Below are positions 1-12,829 of a DNA stretch of 64,000 nt, in pieces. The DNA comes from Macrostomum lignano (lineage: Eukaryota). The notes beneath the pieces are model-generated. The model searched no databases. It saw nothing but the letters and a program-made list of their open reading frames with translations, and had not been told where the DNA came from. Both the position numbers and the translations under genes were made by a program. Location: the NCBI GenBank assembly GCA_002269645.1, contig NIVC01000023.1, forward strand, positions 1,364,001 to 1,428,000, read 5' to 3'. Numbering within the stretch: position 1 is the stretch's first letter; every line of letters begins with the position of its first letter.

Positions 1-1023
1 GCACAGCCTGATTAGTACAACGAGTCTAGGTATAAAAAATGGGGCGGCAGATTTGTGCACGGCAATGGGGTTAAAAGAAGTTTTCTGTTTTCCTCATTGA
101 TCCACTCATTAGTGGCTTCCAGCAGAATATTAAATTGCTTTCTTACGTGGCCTTGGTTGCCTATGTCACATCCTTGAAGCCGCATGATAGTGATTTCATC
201 TTCGTAATGTATAGCACCAGACTTAGCTCATACGATTTTTATCATAGAGCAAACAAATCGCTTAGCGATTTCCATACAGCGACTGTTCAGCTCTGTTCAG
301 AGCTTTATTTGATGCTTTGGTGTGCTCTTCACCATTCGCACTCACAGAGGAGCCTAGTAGATAAGACCAAATTTTTGCTTTTTCTGAGCACCAAAAACTT
401 GTATCTGCCAATGAAAAACCAGCTAATAGAAGCTCAGTTTTTTTGTTGTACCACCAACCAGTACCAAAGGTGTTGTGCCTTTTGTGCCTTATTTAGTTTT
501 TACTTTTTATTCTTTTTTCTTCATGATCTTAGCTAGTAGGATTATCTTTTGCAAAATCCAATATCTCAAGTGCACTTTTGCATATATTAAGAATTAGCAA
601 TTTTGTCTGAAATTCTGCGACGCATTTTTTCTGGATTTTTTGACACAAAATTGCATTTTTTCGCGCAAGAATTTCATCCAGGGCTTAGTGGATATGTCGA
701 TTTACTTGTGATTGTGTGCAGCAAGGGTTCGAATCCCAAGTGGTCAGATATTTTTTTTGAAATTTTTAAGCAAACAGAAATTTGTCTTCCTTTAGTTTTT
801 TTCAGGTTTTTAATTAAAATAAAATAAAAGATTAAAATTATTTTTTTAATTAAAATAAACTTAATCTTAAAGTGTGGCCAATATGTATTGAAAAATATTT
901 CTTTTTCATATATAATTGCAGCCGAACTTCAAGATTTCGATGTGTGCGACTTTTTACTGTATGGTTTTTCCCGCCATAAAAACCGCATTGTAACGTACAA
1001 TACATAACAACGCGGTTTTCAGT

Positions 1024-1201
1024 GCGAGATTTGATGCGGGATTTCCCAACTTTAATTTAATTACATTTATTAAGCCCAATCGATGCGGGATTCAATGCGG
1101 GATTTCCCGACCTTAATTTTATTACATTTATTAAGCCCAATTGATGCGGTAATTGATGCGGGATTTCCCAACTTTAATTTAATTTGATTTATTAAGCCCA
1201 A
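1024..1201 (+). repeat. Tandem array of ~61-bp units (GATGCGGGATTTCCCAACTTTAATTTAATTACATTTATTAAGCCCAAT core)
   Basis: ATGCGGGATTTCCC recurs at 1034, 1095 and 1156. A reverse-complement array lies at 4690-4950. Confidence 0.85.
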
Positions 1202-3379
1202 TAGGTGGTTGAGAATATCAACAAGCTGTTCAATCAACTTGGCAACAACGTGGTGACCTTGGTGAATCTGCATCTTCAGCGAGGCAATGGCAACATGGAC
1301 CTGACAATTGTGGGTCTGTCCAGCTTGTTTGCCTAGCCTGCTGCTGCATGTTGATTGAACCCGGATGTTGAAGGAATTGCAGACTCTTTAATTAAACATT
1401 CATACATATTTGCATGTTGCAATTTTACCCCATACTCTTTATTCACATGCAAAATTTGCTTTTCATTTTTTAATGGCATGAGTTGTTAGTATAAAAAGAA
1501 TGATACACCAGATAAATTGCTTTTTTATTTTAATTATGAAGTTAGTGTAAAAATCCAATGCCGTTCTGTTACTAGTATAGTAATATGTGTGTTTTTGTGT
1601 GTAAATTTTTAATATAATGAGTAGCTTGTCAAAGAGCTGTCCGTGTGTGGTACATTTCCAAGTACCAGGTCGGCAGCAGTAAAGATAAGTAAACAATAAG
1701 AAATGCAATACGCAATGGGAAAAGCTACAAAATGTTTTAGTAAACACACAAATTCTTGTTTCATTTTACAGTTTAAACACGTGCAATATGAGATCAGAAA
1801 GATTAAATGCAACTTCGTTTTGGGAAACTTCAGCAGCAGAGGAATTACAAAGAAAGCATGGTTGACAATAAAAACTTAAGGAAGGAATGACGAGAACAAT
1901 GTCTCGTATTTTGGAAAAGGCAATTCAGGAGTTAGCTGAGGCTGATACATGATGCAGTTCAGGGCATTCTTAGGTTTAGGGAAGTTTCTCAGGGGCCATG
2001 CTACTTCAGGACAATTTAAACAAGGAAAGGATGTTTAAGTTCGATTTCTTCAGGGGCCCTGGCATTTCAGGGCGATTTAGAGTGGTCCAGGTGACATTTT
2101 CAGAGAATTTTTTGGGGCCATAATTGGTTTAGTTCAGGTCATTTGAGGTCTAGTCAGGGCACACATATATACCCGTTGTCATCCGATCAAAATCAGCAAA
2201 ATTAAGTCAAAACAATGTTCTCCCGTCGTGTTCTGAAATGCAAAAAGCAAAGGTTAGAAAATTAAGACATTTGATTTGCAAAGGAAGTAAAAAGCAGTTC
2301 AAATTTTTAAAGCATGAAAATTGACTGATTTAAATCTGATTTGATGTTGAAATTTGATTTGAATAAAAATAGTTTACTTCTTTGTGGGTGATTGCCTACT
2401 CCTTGTTTACTGCACAGTGCATTGTTTTGTCCTTATAGAGGCACTGTGCATGTACTTGATAAGTATAAATTTTAAAAGACACTGTCTTGCAAAAAAAATC
2501 AACAGAAATAAAGGTATTCCACATGTATGCTGCATCAGATCAAGTTCTATCAAGTGTGCATTTTTAGTGGCAAAAATCCTAAGGAACTTTATTTAGTGAA
2601 GAAACACAAATGCTCTTTAGTATACTTTTATGGATTTTTTGTCTTCAACACGTAATGTGGTAGATATGATGTCAAATTTTAACATTTTAAATTATAAAAG
2701 TATTATATTTATTATTTGTATTTGCACTATAAAAGTATTGGTTCATCAATTTTATCTGATTAATACATATAATCCTTTCCAGACTTGCGACTTGCACAAA
2801 GTCGATAAAATGGCTTCTGACGCAACATATTCACTTAATTAATGTAAGCATTCAAGCATGCCGCAAACCCATTGAATTTTTTTATTTGTGCACAAGAGGA
2901 AACTTAGAGCCTTCGGAAATTGGGTAAAATAGTTTTGGTGAAGTTCAAGATTGTAATAACCTTTTGCCATGATTCTGAGTGCTGGATCCATCTTTTGAGA
3001 TAGATTTATGTACATAGTTAAAAAGGAAAGAAATAGCACTACTTACGACGCGACGCCATCAAGCAGTAGTAGCACAACCACATTGGGCGCTCTAAGTTGT
3101 TGGCAAGTGGGTCAAGGCATTCTACATGTGCCCAAAGTTGACACAAGTCGGAGAAGATCTGTCATACAATTTAGCAACACCATTTTATTAGAAATGAGTT
3201 TCAAGGATTTAGCAGCTCATTAGTTCGTTTTGAAGGCTCTAAGTGCCCCATTTTTAAATTCCAAAATGCAGAATGCATTTAAAAGCTTGAAAATTCACAA
3301 AGCACCATTTTTTCAATTTTAGACTTAAATTAAAAAATGTTAATGGTAAAAAGAAACTCACCCAGAGATCCTGTTTCTT

Positions 3380-3620
3380 GCCCTTGTTGGAAGATTTGGG
3401 GAAATCTTTCTCTCTACATTGAAAGCAGTGGGACTCGCTGCCCTTGCTGGCCCTCTTAAGGAGGGTACGCCATATCTGCCAGCAAAAATCCATGAGAGAA
3501 CTGGGATTACTATTGACATCAACATGTAGATTGTTGCTGTTGGCGATTTGGGCAGCGAAAATACAGCAAAAAACGCCACAACTATTCATGTCGTCTTGAA
3601 CGGGTGTTCAAAACGACGCT
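3380..3620 (-). pseudogene. Possible decayed piggyBac-like transposase C-terminal fragment
   Basis: The minus-strand translation VFCCIFAAQIANSNNLHVDVNSNPSSLMDFCWQIWRTLLK resembles the piggyBac F..+D.A..N...LH....DFR..+A..LL pattern. It is short and disrupted, and was judged by eye only. Confidence 0.3.
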
Positions 3621-4689
3621 CTTTGAATTTAGGCCAGTTGCTATTGGTAGGTAGAGGCAGTTCGCTATGATTTTTTAAGTCAAACGGAAGGGATCAAGTT
3701 ATGCCTGTACTACTAGATAACATAGGAAAACGAAACTAGAAACTAGTAAAGCAAAAATAAAAGCCTTGGTTTTTTAATAGGAATGATCGCTTAAGTACAA
3801 GTTTACTTTACTATCGAAATTCTACACTGCTGAAAGAATCCGAACCCATCTTATCTCTGCTATAGCTTTCTGTGGGAATGAAGCTTTCCACTATACAAAA
3901 AGCCTACGCTTGTAAACTTCAAAAGTTTTATATGAGATACACACTATCTGAGTAACCATTGGTACATATAAAAAGATCAATATTTTCACAAAGCCAATTC
4001 AGCTACATGAAAACTTACTTGATATGCTTGCAAATTCTGTGCATTAAGTTTTTGCACATCTTTAGCGGGTCCAAAATGGTGACGAATCCGTGGCGCAGAT
4101 CCAACCAAAGAAGGATGAAATGGTTAGAATCGTGCCAGATCCCCAGTACTGTGGACCTCAAACAGGAAGCCTAAAACAGTAACAGGTTGTATACATATCT
4201 ATTTTTTTACAAAAAGTATTCTGCTACAATCTGCAATTGCTTAGATATATTATTTTAGTTCATCGTACAGCAATCCTGTGCATGGGTAATGCATTGTAGA
4301 AAGTACTGATCATCAATCTGTCTGTCTGCCTGTCTGTCTTTCTGTCTGTCTGTCTGTTTTTCTGTCAGTCTGTGCTGGGTGTCTGTCTTTGAAACTTTGA
4401 TTACTATGTTCCTCTTGTATTTAATCTTGTCATGCAAATAGCTGAAAGAATCTAATTGGAAACTTAAATAAAGAAGACTTAAGTAGATGTATACTATGTC
4501 TATTGAAATTCGGCCATGGGGGTTAATCTACATTATGTGCGATCTATAACTGAAGTCTGTACTCAAGCGGTGCAATTTTAGCAGCGCATGCAGGCACATC
4601 CAAAAGCAAAAAATCAAATGTAGAAAAATGTAATTTGAGCTTATAAGTTTCAAGCTCTAGTTTTAAATCTAGAATGCAATCTAGAATCG

Positions 4690-4950
4690 ATTTAAATCAA
4701 TTGGGCTTAATAAATCAAATTAAATTAAAGTCGGGAAATCCCGAATCAAATCCCACATCAATTATCCCATTGATTGGGCTTAATAAATGTAATTAAATTA
4801 AAGTTGGGAAATCCTGCATCGAATCTCGCATCAATTACTGCATCGATTGGGCTTAATAAATGTAATTAAATAAAAGTCAGGAAATCCCGCATCGAATCCC
4901 GCATCAATTACCACATTGATTGGGCTTAATAAATATAATTAAATTAAAGT
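4690..4950 (-). repeat. Tandem array of ~73-bp units, reverse complement of the 1024-1201 family
   Basis: GATTGGGCTTAATAAA recurs at 4772, 4845 and 4918. Confidence 0.85.
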
Positions 4951-5285
4951 GTGAACCCAGTCAATATTAATGACATGGCCACCCACTGTGTCTCTAAGTG
5001 TGAACCCAGTCAATATTAACGACATGGCCACCCACCATGTCTCTAAGTGTGAACCCATTCAATATTAACAACATGGCTGCCATGTAAGTTTCATTGACAC
5101 GGTGACTATGTCTCTAATAGTGACTAGGTCTATACTTATAGACATCGCGGCCGTGTCTTTAATGCAGAAACTTAGAGACACGGTGGCTGTGTCTATAAGT
5201 ATGGACCTAGTCACTATTAGAGACACGGCCGCTGTGTCTATAAGTTTTTTCATTATAGACATGGTCGTCATGTCTCTAAGTGTGG
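4950..5285. repeat. ~50-bp tandem repeat (GTGTGAACCCAGTCAATATTAA...) followed by an imperfect palindrome
   Basis: Three GTGTGAACCCA units. TCTCTAATAGTGACTAGGTC (~5111) is mirrored by GACCTAGTCACTATTAGAGA (~5205). Confidence 0.7.
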
Positions 5286-7653
5286 CATTTAAAATATTAT
5301 GATTATTTTCAATTTAAACAAACCTAAATTATGCCTACAAAAATATGATGCAAAATTAATACTATTAGCAAAAATTTACACTAATTTTATTTATCATTAA
5401 TTTAAAAGAAGCAAAAAGTTTATCACTGATAATACAAATTTTCCTTTACTTTATGTAAAAACGTTAAGTTACATTACAATTTTCAGGCACAGCATAAATT
5501 TATTCACTAAAATTTGTATGCCAAAAAAGTATGCATGGCTATGTTACTTGTGTATGCCAACAAAGTGTGCCAGGCATTGTGTACGCTGATTGTGTACGCT
5601 AAGGACTTAGGGTAGCCATTTTGTACACCGGAAAAGTTCTGGCATACATGCATACCATCCGCAACCTAGAGTCAGGATCATGTCATAGTATATGCCAGAA
5701 TAAAAAGTCCCCTAAAAATCTACATGCCACTTCATACTGAAATGTACACCAAGGTCCTAGGAACTTACGTCAGGTTTTCTAGGCTTTGCAACAATAAATG
5801 ACCTTTTTATGTGTTACACATTTTTGCCTACTTTATAAGCACCTCTACTTTACCCGCTTCACTCACCAAATACAACGCACTAGTTAACATCATATTTTTT
5901 GTTTAAGCTTTTTAAGAAAATTACATGATTAGTTTGTGTGGAATTTTAACTTTTTATAAATCAAGAATAGTTATAAACTTTCATCTTATGAGTTTTACGG
6001 TTTTTATGATTTATGCCACAGTGTCACACCAAAAGGTACACCAAATATATTTTGCCTCATTTTTTATGCCAATTGTACACCAAAAAGTAAAATTTTCAAT
6101 TGTATGCTAGAAATTTCCGGTGTAATGTACATCATCCTGGCTATGGTGTTTAGCCAGATTCTAGGCCTATTTTGTCAACTTGAGTTCCTGTGCAGTTCCT
6201 TTGCTGCAAATGTGCTTAGCTTAGGCATATTTAATTGCTATCAAGTGGTTTCACCACACCAGGTACAAGCCTGCCATAGTTTATGTTTTGCAAAGTCAAT
6301 TTTGACATTCCACAACCATAAATTTATTATGGCAAGCTTTGCCAGTTTGGCTGACATCAATACATAGCCTGGCATCCATAGTCAGAAAGATGGTGCTTTA
6401 CTTGGAAAGTTCCGGCATACACAGGGAAATTTTGAGCCAATTTTGGCATACACGGCGTACCACAGTTTAGAGAAAGTACCCCATGGCATGCAATGGCATG
6501 CCACGACACACAATTATGCCTGCCTACCCACAATATTGTGAATCCTGATGCATAAAATTTATTTTAAAAAAACTGTTTTTAAACTAAAAAGGAAAGAAAA
6601 TGTTTTTTTCTGGTGCTAATTTGCTTTTGTTAAAGTCATAAAAATTTCAATCAACACAAATGAAAAATTTGTTAAAGTTTGACTTTTACATTATTTTAAA
6701 CTTCCATTATTATTAAATGGATTATTATCAAAATTTCTGTTCATATGCACTGATATATCCCCAGTCTGTCGGCATACCAGCGGGTTGCGTATGTGGCATA
6801 CCACTTTTTTATAGACTTTATTCTGGTGTACCCATGCCATGATCCTGACTATGGCCTGGCATCTTGACTAGACAATGTTAAGTAGTCCAACTTGGCATTG
6901 CTAAACACTGCTAAAATAAGTAACTGCAGCATTGCCTGCTTAGCTATTGTTGCATTGTACCAGGCATTAGCATCCAGGCATTTAACTTTTTTTATTACAC
7001 TATACAGAACTAGTTCATTTTAACTGTTTCTGTTTTATTTTTAACTTCTTAAAAAAGTTAAACTTGGTTTTTTTAATTTAGTTTTCCATTTTTTCATGAA
7101 AGGCCAGCTAATTCTTTCTGATCAAAATTTAGCTTAGGCCTACTGTAACTAGACTATGCCAAATGTAAACTTAATCATTTTTGTATGCTAATTGTATAGA
7201 TTGATTGGGACTTGGAACTTTTGGTCCTACCTGCTGTCTTGGCAATCTTTATATGCCAAGCTGTACGCCAAGAGGGCATGCCAGGCCCCTCTGTATACCA
7301 AGTTGTATACCAGTAGTATATTGTAGGTCTCTCTGTATACCAGAATTTTCTAGCATACATATATATTATCTGGAGTCTAGGTAAAAGGCACTAGGTCTGA
7401 GATACCATTAGAGAAGTACTGGTAGCAAATTTGCCTCCAATTCAGGCTCCTCAGTCTTGTCTAGACTTTGCAGACTGCAGGCCAATAAACCTTGCCTAGA
7501 TGTTGAAGGGCCTACATTATCCTGTATAGTTAGGCATTGTGATGTGCGTATAAGAAGTGCATTGGTAGCACTGTCAGTCTGCTATAGTTTCAACACCTTC
7601 AACTGCTCAACTTTGCACTGCTGGAGCATACATGCATAAACTTAGAAATCACT

Positions 7654-7769
7654 TGGCCATTTCTATTGGCAACACACACATGTAAGTTGCTATAGGCTGA
7701 GAGCAGTCACATGACAACTATTCTGTCCAATAGCAATTTATGTGTATGTGTTGCCAATAGAAATGGCCA
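7654..7769. mobile_element. MITE-like hairpin, ~116 bp
   Basis: Perfect 23-bp inverted termini TGGCCATTTCTATTGGCAACACA / TGTGTTGCCAATAGAAATGGCCA, extending inward imperfectly. No clear TSD. Confidence 0.55.
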
Positions 7770-8492
7770 GGTAAATCCCTAGGTTGTGCCCAAGCTTGTG
7801 CTAGAGCAGTCTAGTTTCCATCCTACTCAGCATGATGTTTTTGTATATTTAACTATAAAGTAACACTGCATGGTTTCTGCTTTGCATAGCATCATATTAG
7901 ACCCAGCTGCAGGGTCCTGATTTTTGTTGCCCAATATTGTATACAAATATACACTAGAGCCTCTTGATCAGAGAAATGGCACATAACCTTAACTGATGTG
8001 ATTCAAGTCAAATAAATAAACTTAAATCAAATCAAATCAAATCCTATTGGCCTATGGTACTCTTTAGTGGCATGCGCCAATACTAGCCAACTTTTATCAC
8101 CTCTCATGGTGTCTTAGGTGTGTCAGGCATGGCAATTTTGAAGAAGTTGGGGGTCATATATGGGTTTCGGCTGATTTGAACAATGTAACCCATTTGCCTG
8201 CAGCTTATGTTGCATTTTTAGAGACAGACCAGCATACCAGCCCTCACATTGGATGCAGCAGTGAGTGTCTAGCTGCAGTCTATTAGCCTGTTTATGCACA
8301 GTGTGGACACCAAAGGCAGGGGTGGGTTTGGGCAGGTAGTTGTAGTCTAGAATAAAACAATAGTATTTCTGGCCCCATAGTCTCTGAGCTATTAAAGACC
8401 TGCAAGTCATATGCAGGCTCCTGCTGCTTAGTTAGGATGACGGTAGAGAAGCACTCTTAACAGATAATAGTAAGACAAAACTCAATATTATT

Positions 8493-8530
8493 TGCGACGC
8501 GTTTCGGCTAAAACTAGCCATCTTCAAGCA
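8493..8530 (-). ncRNA. Minimal type-I hammerhead ribozyme of PLE, core-mutated (CUGAAGA to UUGAAGA)
   Basis: Reverse complement reads TGC-TTGAAGA-TGGCTAGTTTTAGCC-GAAA-CGCG-TC-GCA: stems I and II plus the palindromic ACGCGU stem III. Confidence 0.75.
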
Positions 8531-8724
8531 CTATCGAACAGAATTTATTTCAACCTATTAAATACTGTATAGACGACAAAATCAGGTATTGAGAAGATAT
8601 AAAAGGACTAAAGGATCAATGTACAGTATAGCAATGTTCATAATATTTTTTGTGGAATGACAGGACAGAGAAAAAAGAGAGAGAGAGAGAGAATGAGGCG
8701 TATGCGCCCCAAATGTACTCTAGC

Positions 8725-8979
8725 TTAGAACACCAACAGCTGTTCACTCGCACCTCCTCCAGATAGTTGGACATTGAGAGTGGGTTTGTGTAACTTAATG
8801 TGCAGAGCTTCAAGAATGTTAAGTTTATGCTCATTTTTGCTGTTGTCTATGACCTTGAAATGAGAGGTTATGTCTGGCTCATCACAACAACCATGGCATT
8901 GCAGCAAATGTTCATGAATCGGAGAGTTTCGTTGCCTATGTTCCTTGGCTCTCATTTCAAGCCATTTCAAGCCAGACAT
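8725..8979 (-). pseudogene. C-terminal part of PLE GIY-YIG endonuclease (truncated)
   Basis: RAKEHRQRNSPIHEHLLQCHGC...FKVIDNSKNEHKLNILEALHIKLHKPTLNVQ matches the R..EH....S.+..H.....H.....F.++......+L.+.EA+.I....P.LN pattern of Penelope endonucleases. Confidence 0.85.
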
Positions 8980-9151
8980 AACCTCTCATTTCAAGGTCAT
9001 AGACAACAGCAAAAATGAGCATAAACTTAACATTCTTGAAGCTCTGCACATTAAGTTACACAAACCCACGCTCAATGTCCAACTATCTGGAGGAGGTGCG
9101 AGTGAACAGCTGTTGGTGTTCTAAGCTAGAGTACATTTGGGGCGCATACGC

Positions 9152-9228
<77 letters not shown>

Positions 9229-9368
9229 CTCTGTCCTGTCATTCCACAAAAAATATTATGAACATTGTTATACTGTACATTGATCCTTTAGTCCTTTTAT
9301 ATCTTCTCAATACCTGATTTTGTCGTCTACACAGTATTTAATAGGTTGAAATAAATTCTGTTCGATAG

Positions 9369-9406
9369 TGCCTGAAGATGGCTAGTTTTAGCCAAAACGC
9401 GTCGCA
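9369..9406 (+). ncRNA. Minimal type-I hammerhead ribozyme of PLE, core-mutated (GAAA to AAAA)
   Basis: TGC-CTGAAGA-TGGCTAGTTTTAGCC-AAAA-CGCG-TC-GCA. Confidence 0.75.
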
Positions 9407-11554
9407 AATAATATTGAGTTTTGTCTTACTATTATTAGTTAGGATGACTTGCTGCATGAAGAGCCAAGAGGTTTGCATGACCTATGTTGGCAGAAGCACA
9501 TCATATGCAATGACTACACAATATATTCACAGGTTTGTGCTGGTGTGGAATACTGGCGACTTGGAGCTACCGTTGTAGAGCCATTTGAGTTCTGCCCTTA
9601 GTTGTCAGTTTTCATCAACTGTTATTATAGATTAGGCAATTGATAACATGAGACCAATAGTCCATGAATGCACTGAAATGTCTGGAATGATATTGTTTAT
9701 GAGAATGCAAGTCCCATAGTTTTGTACAATATCAAGATACTGATTTTACATTTAAAGAAGTAACTTTCAAGTAACTTTAAAAAGTAACTCCTATTTATAT
9801 TGTCTAGCTAGGTCTAGATAGCTGACTGACAATAGCTGACAATTAAACAAACAAAAGTAACAAACTTTAATAACTATCTTTGTCTAGCTTGTATACATTT
9901 ATAATACAGTATATAATTATACTCATTGAATTTATACATACATTGCTTGAAAACAGCCAGTAGTGCATATGTATAATATATGACTTAGTCAATAATGTTG
10001 CAACAATCAAAGTTCTTGTGATAATAATAATAGTGCTAGGTCTAAAATTCATGATTTGAGCAAAATGAAAATGCTACAAGAATATGAGAATACTTTTGCT
10101 TTGGACACTTTCTTTCAAAAGAAGAAATTTATATTTTACTATGATGGCAAATATACACTTGTAGTACTTTAGATTGGGTTTGATCTCAATATTTGGTCTA
10201 TGTGGCTATCTTATTTAAATAGTTTGTGATTCTTCTATCTTTAATTGCATAAAGCAAGATCTACCAAGAATAGCAATCACTGCTGTTAGTTCAGAAAATG
10301 TAGAGAATCATCTTCCAATAAAAAAGAAGTTTAATTGTTGAGACATAGGTGCCAAAGCTTTGGTCAACATACTATGGTTTTTTTGTATATTACTTGTTTT
10401 GGCTTGAATTGCTTGATTGTCTACAAGAAGTAATATATAGGGATAAGATAGTTTGATAAAAAGGTTTCTATATGATAATTCTAAATATTCTACTATGTCA
10501 TTAATATAGATTTCAAAGAGTACTATATAGTATTGATATAGGACCAAGATGGAATTTAATCCTAGACCTATAGTCAGAAAGATAGCCTTTTCATAGAAAA
10601 GTTTAGCACAAATGAATGTTGAATATGCACTGTATTGGCATATTCTAGCATAACAACAGGCTAGGAGGGGAGGGGGAATCCAACATAGTATAGCACAAGA
10701 CAATAAAATCAGTGCAATTTGGCATAAGACAAAAACTTTTAGCAAGTTAATAGTTTTGCAGATAGAAAACTAGCACTTTTTTGCCAGTATATTGATAGCT
10801 TTTTAATTAAAATATGTTTGCATTGTATTTCCTATAAAACAAAATCAAATACAAGTTTAACTAGTTTTTTTTAATTAGAAACTAGTAATTTTTATGTTCC
10901 TATGTTTTTATTTACCAAAAATGTTTTAGCACATGGTGCAAGCAAATTTATTTGATAAGACTAGTTCCAGTGCATAGCATAATTAACTTTTTGATAGGAT
11001 TTGTTCTGGTACAGGTGTGCCATGATGCTGACTATGGTCCTATACTCGTACTTTTCTGTGTGGGCTAACAAAAGTTTTATACTTGAACTCATTTTTGTCA
11101 AACTTGTACTCATATAACTCTAAAATGTTTATAGGCCTATGTTATATGATTCCATTTGAAAATATTGCATATTGCACTTTTTTAAGGGCTCAGGGGCCAA
11201 TAATATAAAGAAATAAAAAACCTTAGTTGCATTATATTATGTCTGTCTTTTTGTTTGTTTCTAGACTTTTAAATAAGATGAAAAAAGTAAGAATGAGAAA
11301 GAGAGAAAGTGGAGTGAAAGGCTAGCTCAGATGCAATGCTAGATCATTGAAGGCCTTGGAGGCTGGATCTGGCCCTGGGACTAGATGTTGCTGACCCCTG
11401 CTTTAAGAAAAGAATTATAATATTTCTTTTAAGTATTTTGTAAAGCTTTTTATAAAAAACATGCTTATAAAATTATAGTGCCAAAACTTTTAGGTAAAAA
11501 ATAATGCAGAAAAATTGTACACAACTTTCTATTGCACAATTGCTATATAAACAT

Positions 11555-12250
11555 TCCAATCTCTCTAACTATAAAAATCAAAACTCTGTGTGTGTGTCTG
11601 TCTGTGTGTGGACAATTTTGATCGCTATGGACTCCCAAACCGCTCAACCAAATGACACCAAACTTTACACCCACCCTAAACTTACTACGGAGAGTGTCTT
11701 AGGCTACCTTAAAATTTCCTATACTCAAGTCTTCCTACCTAAAAGTACAAAAAACTGCTCAAAATGCGCAATTTTTTCACTAAATCCTCCATAGCGCCGC
11801 TCCACTTCTACCGATTCTTTTCAAATTTGACACAGACAATCTTAAACTATTTTGGCACAATTGTGTAAAATTTCGAGTCTTAAAGTTAATCCTGAGCGGT
11901 GCTGTGCACTTTTAAAGTTAGGCTGTTTTTTTCAGCGTAGCAACCACCCCAACCTCCGCCCGCCTGCCTCTCTTTCCCGATCCCGATCTGGGCCCAGATG
12001 TGTAAAAGGGTTTCAAAATTGACTAACTTTCAGCTGCCATAAGTTTGCTCCACGTAAAGCGATTGACTTTAAACTTGACACAATTCTTCATTGACTCATT
12101 CTCTATCTAAATGTAAAGTCTCAACTCTGTAACTCATTCAAAAAAGAAACTGTAAGCGTGTGAAGTTTGTCTGCTTTTTCTGTTGTTTTTGCCACTCACT
12201 CACTCATTCCCCCAGAGCCAGACGAAGGGTCAGGCGATAGGACTGAATGT
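11555..12250 (+). mobile_element. Possible non-autonomous Helitron-like element
   Basis: The start TCTCTCTAACTATAAAAATCAAAACTCTGTGTGTGTGTCTGTCTG...AAACCGCTCAACCAAATGACACCAAACTTT resembles the 5' ends of insect non-autonomous Helitrons, with recurrent AAA(T/C)TT(G/T)(A/G)CAC motifs. No clear 3' CTAG hairpin was found, so boundaries are uncertain. Confidence 0.35.
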
Positions 12251-12829
12251 ACATAGCAAATGTACAGTGTTTTGGAATAACTATTTTTAGCCTTCTCTGC
12301 ACCCCGAGAGTGGAGAGGCTACGTTTAGCCGTGACAGTTTAGTGAGAAAAGTTTAGTGAGAAATTCTAACCACTGCCCTCCCCTCTGTATTGGCAAACTC
12401 TGCAGCAGTTTAACAGTGGATGGCATGGCAATTGGCAAATCGAGGGAATCCACTATCCTGCTATCCAGTATGGTTTGTAAAAGCGAAAGATTTATGAAAA
12501 GGCGATGCGATGCAATGCAATACAACCCTACTAAATTAGGCACACCATGGAATGGAAATTTTAGGTTTCTTTTAAAGGTACTGTGTAAATATTAAATGGC
12601 CTCCTAAGAAATGCGTATTTCCTTGGTTGTTAGACTGATGCAGACTGCAGTGGAGCTGAAGATACACAAATTCCTTTCAGGGCTGCAAATTGGCAAAAAA
12701 GATGACGTGATCAAAGCTTGAGAACAGCCTTGAGAGTACTACGTCCCACAAACTGGCTTTCCAAGCAGGGATGGGCAGACTTTTACCTCAAAGGCCAGAA
12801 AAGAATCCAGCTTATGGCTGAGGGGGCAG

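Larger units (their letters stand above)
8442..9434. mobile_element. Penelope-like retroelement (PLE) remnant: two 5'-truncated 3'-end copies in inverted, head-to-head orientation
   Basis: Left arm (minus) 8442-8970 and right arm (plus) 8971-9434 are reverse complements over ~8465-8879. A 14-bp direct repeat TTAGTTAGGATGAC flanks the element (8428-8441, 9435-9448). Both arms carry a GIY-YIG C-terminus and a hammerhead motif. Confidence 0.88.

Noticed and set aside
135-536. 133-aa ORF; the minus strand faintly resembles a copia gag fragment (AVWKSLSDLFA)
   Set aside because: Multiple stops and frameshifts; similarity is too weak to support without a profile search.
5500-7360. Scattered GTATGCCA/TGGCATAC motifs and an inverted pair (~5670-5708 / ~6815-6855)
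   Set aside because: Probably an old decayed repeat family; no boundaries, TIRs or TSD could be defined.
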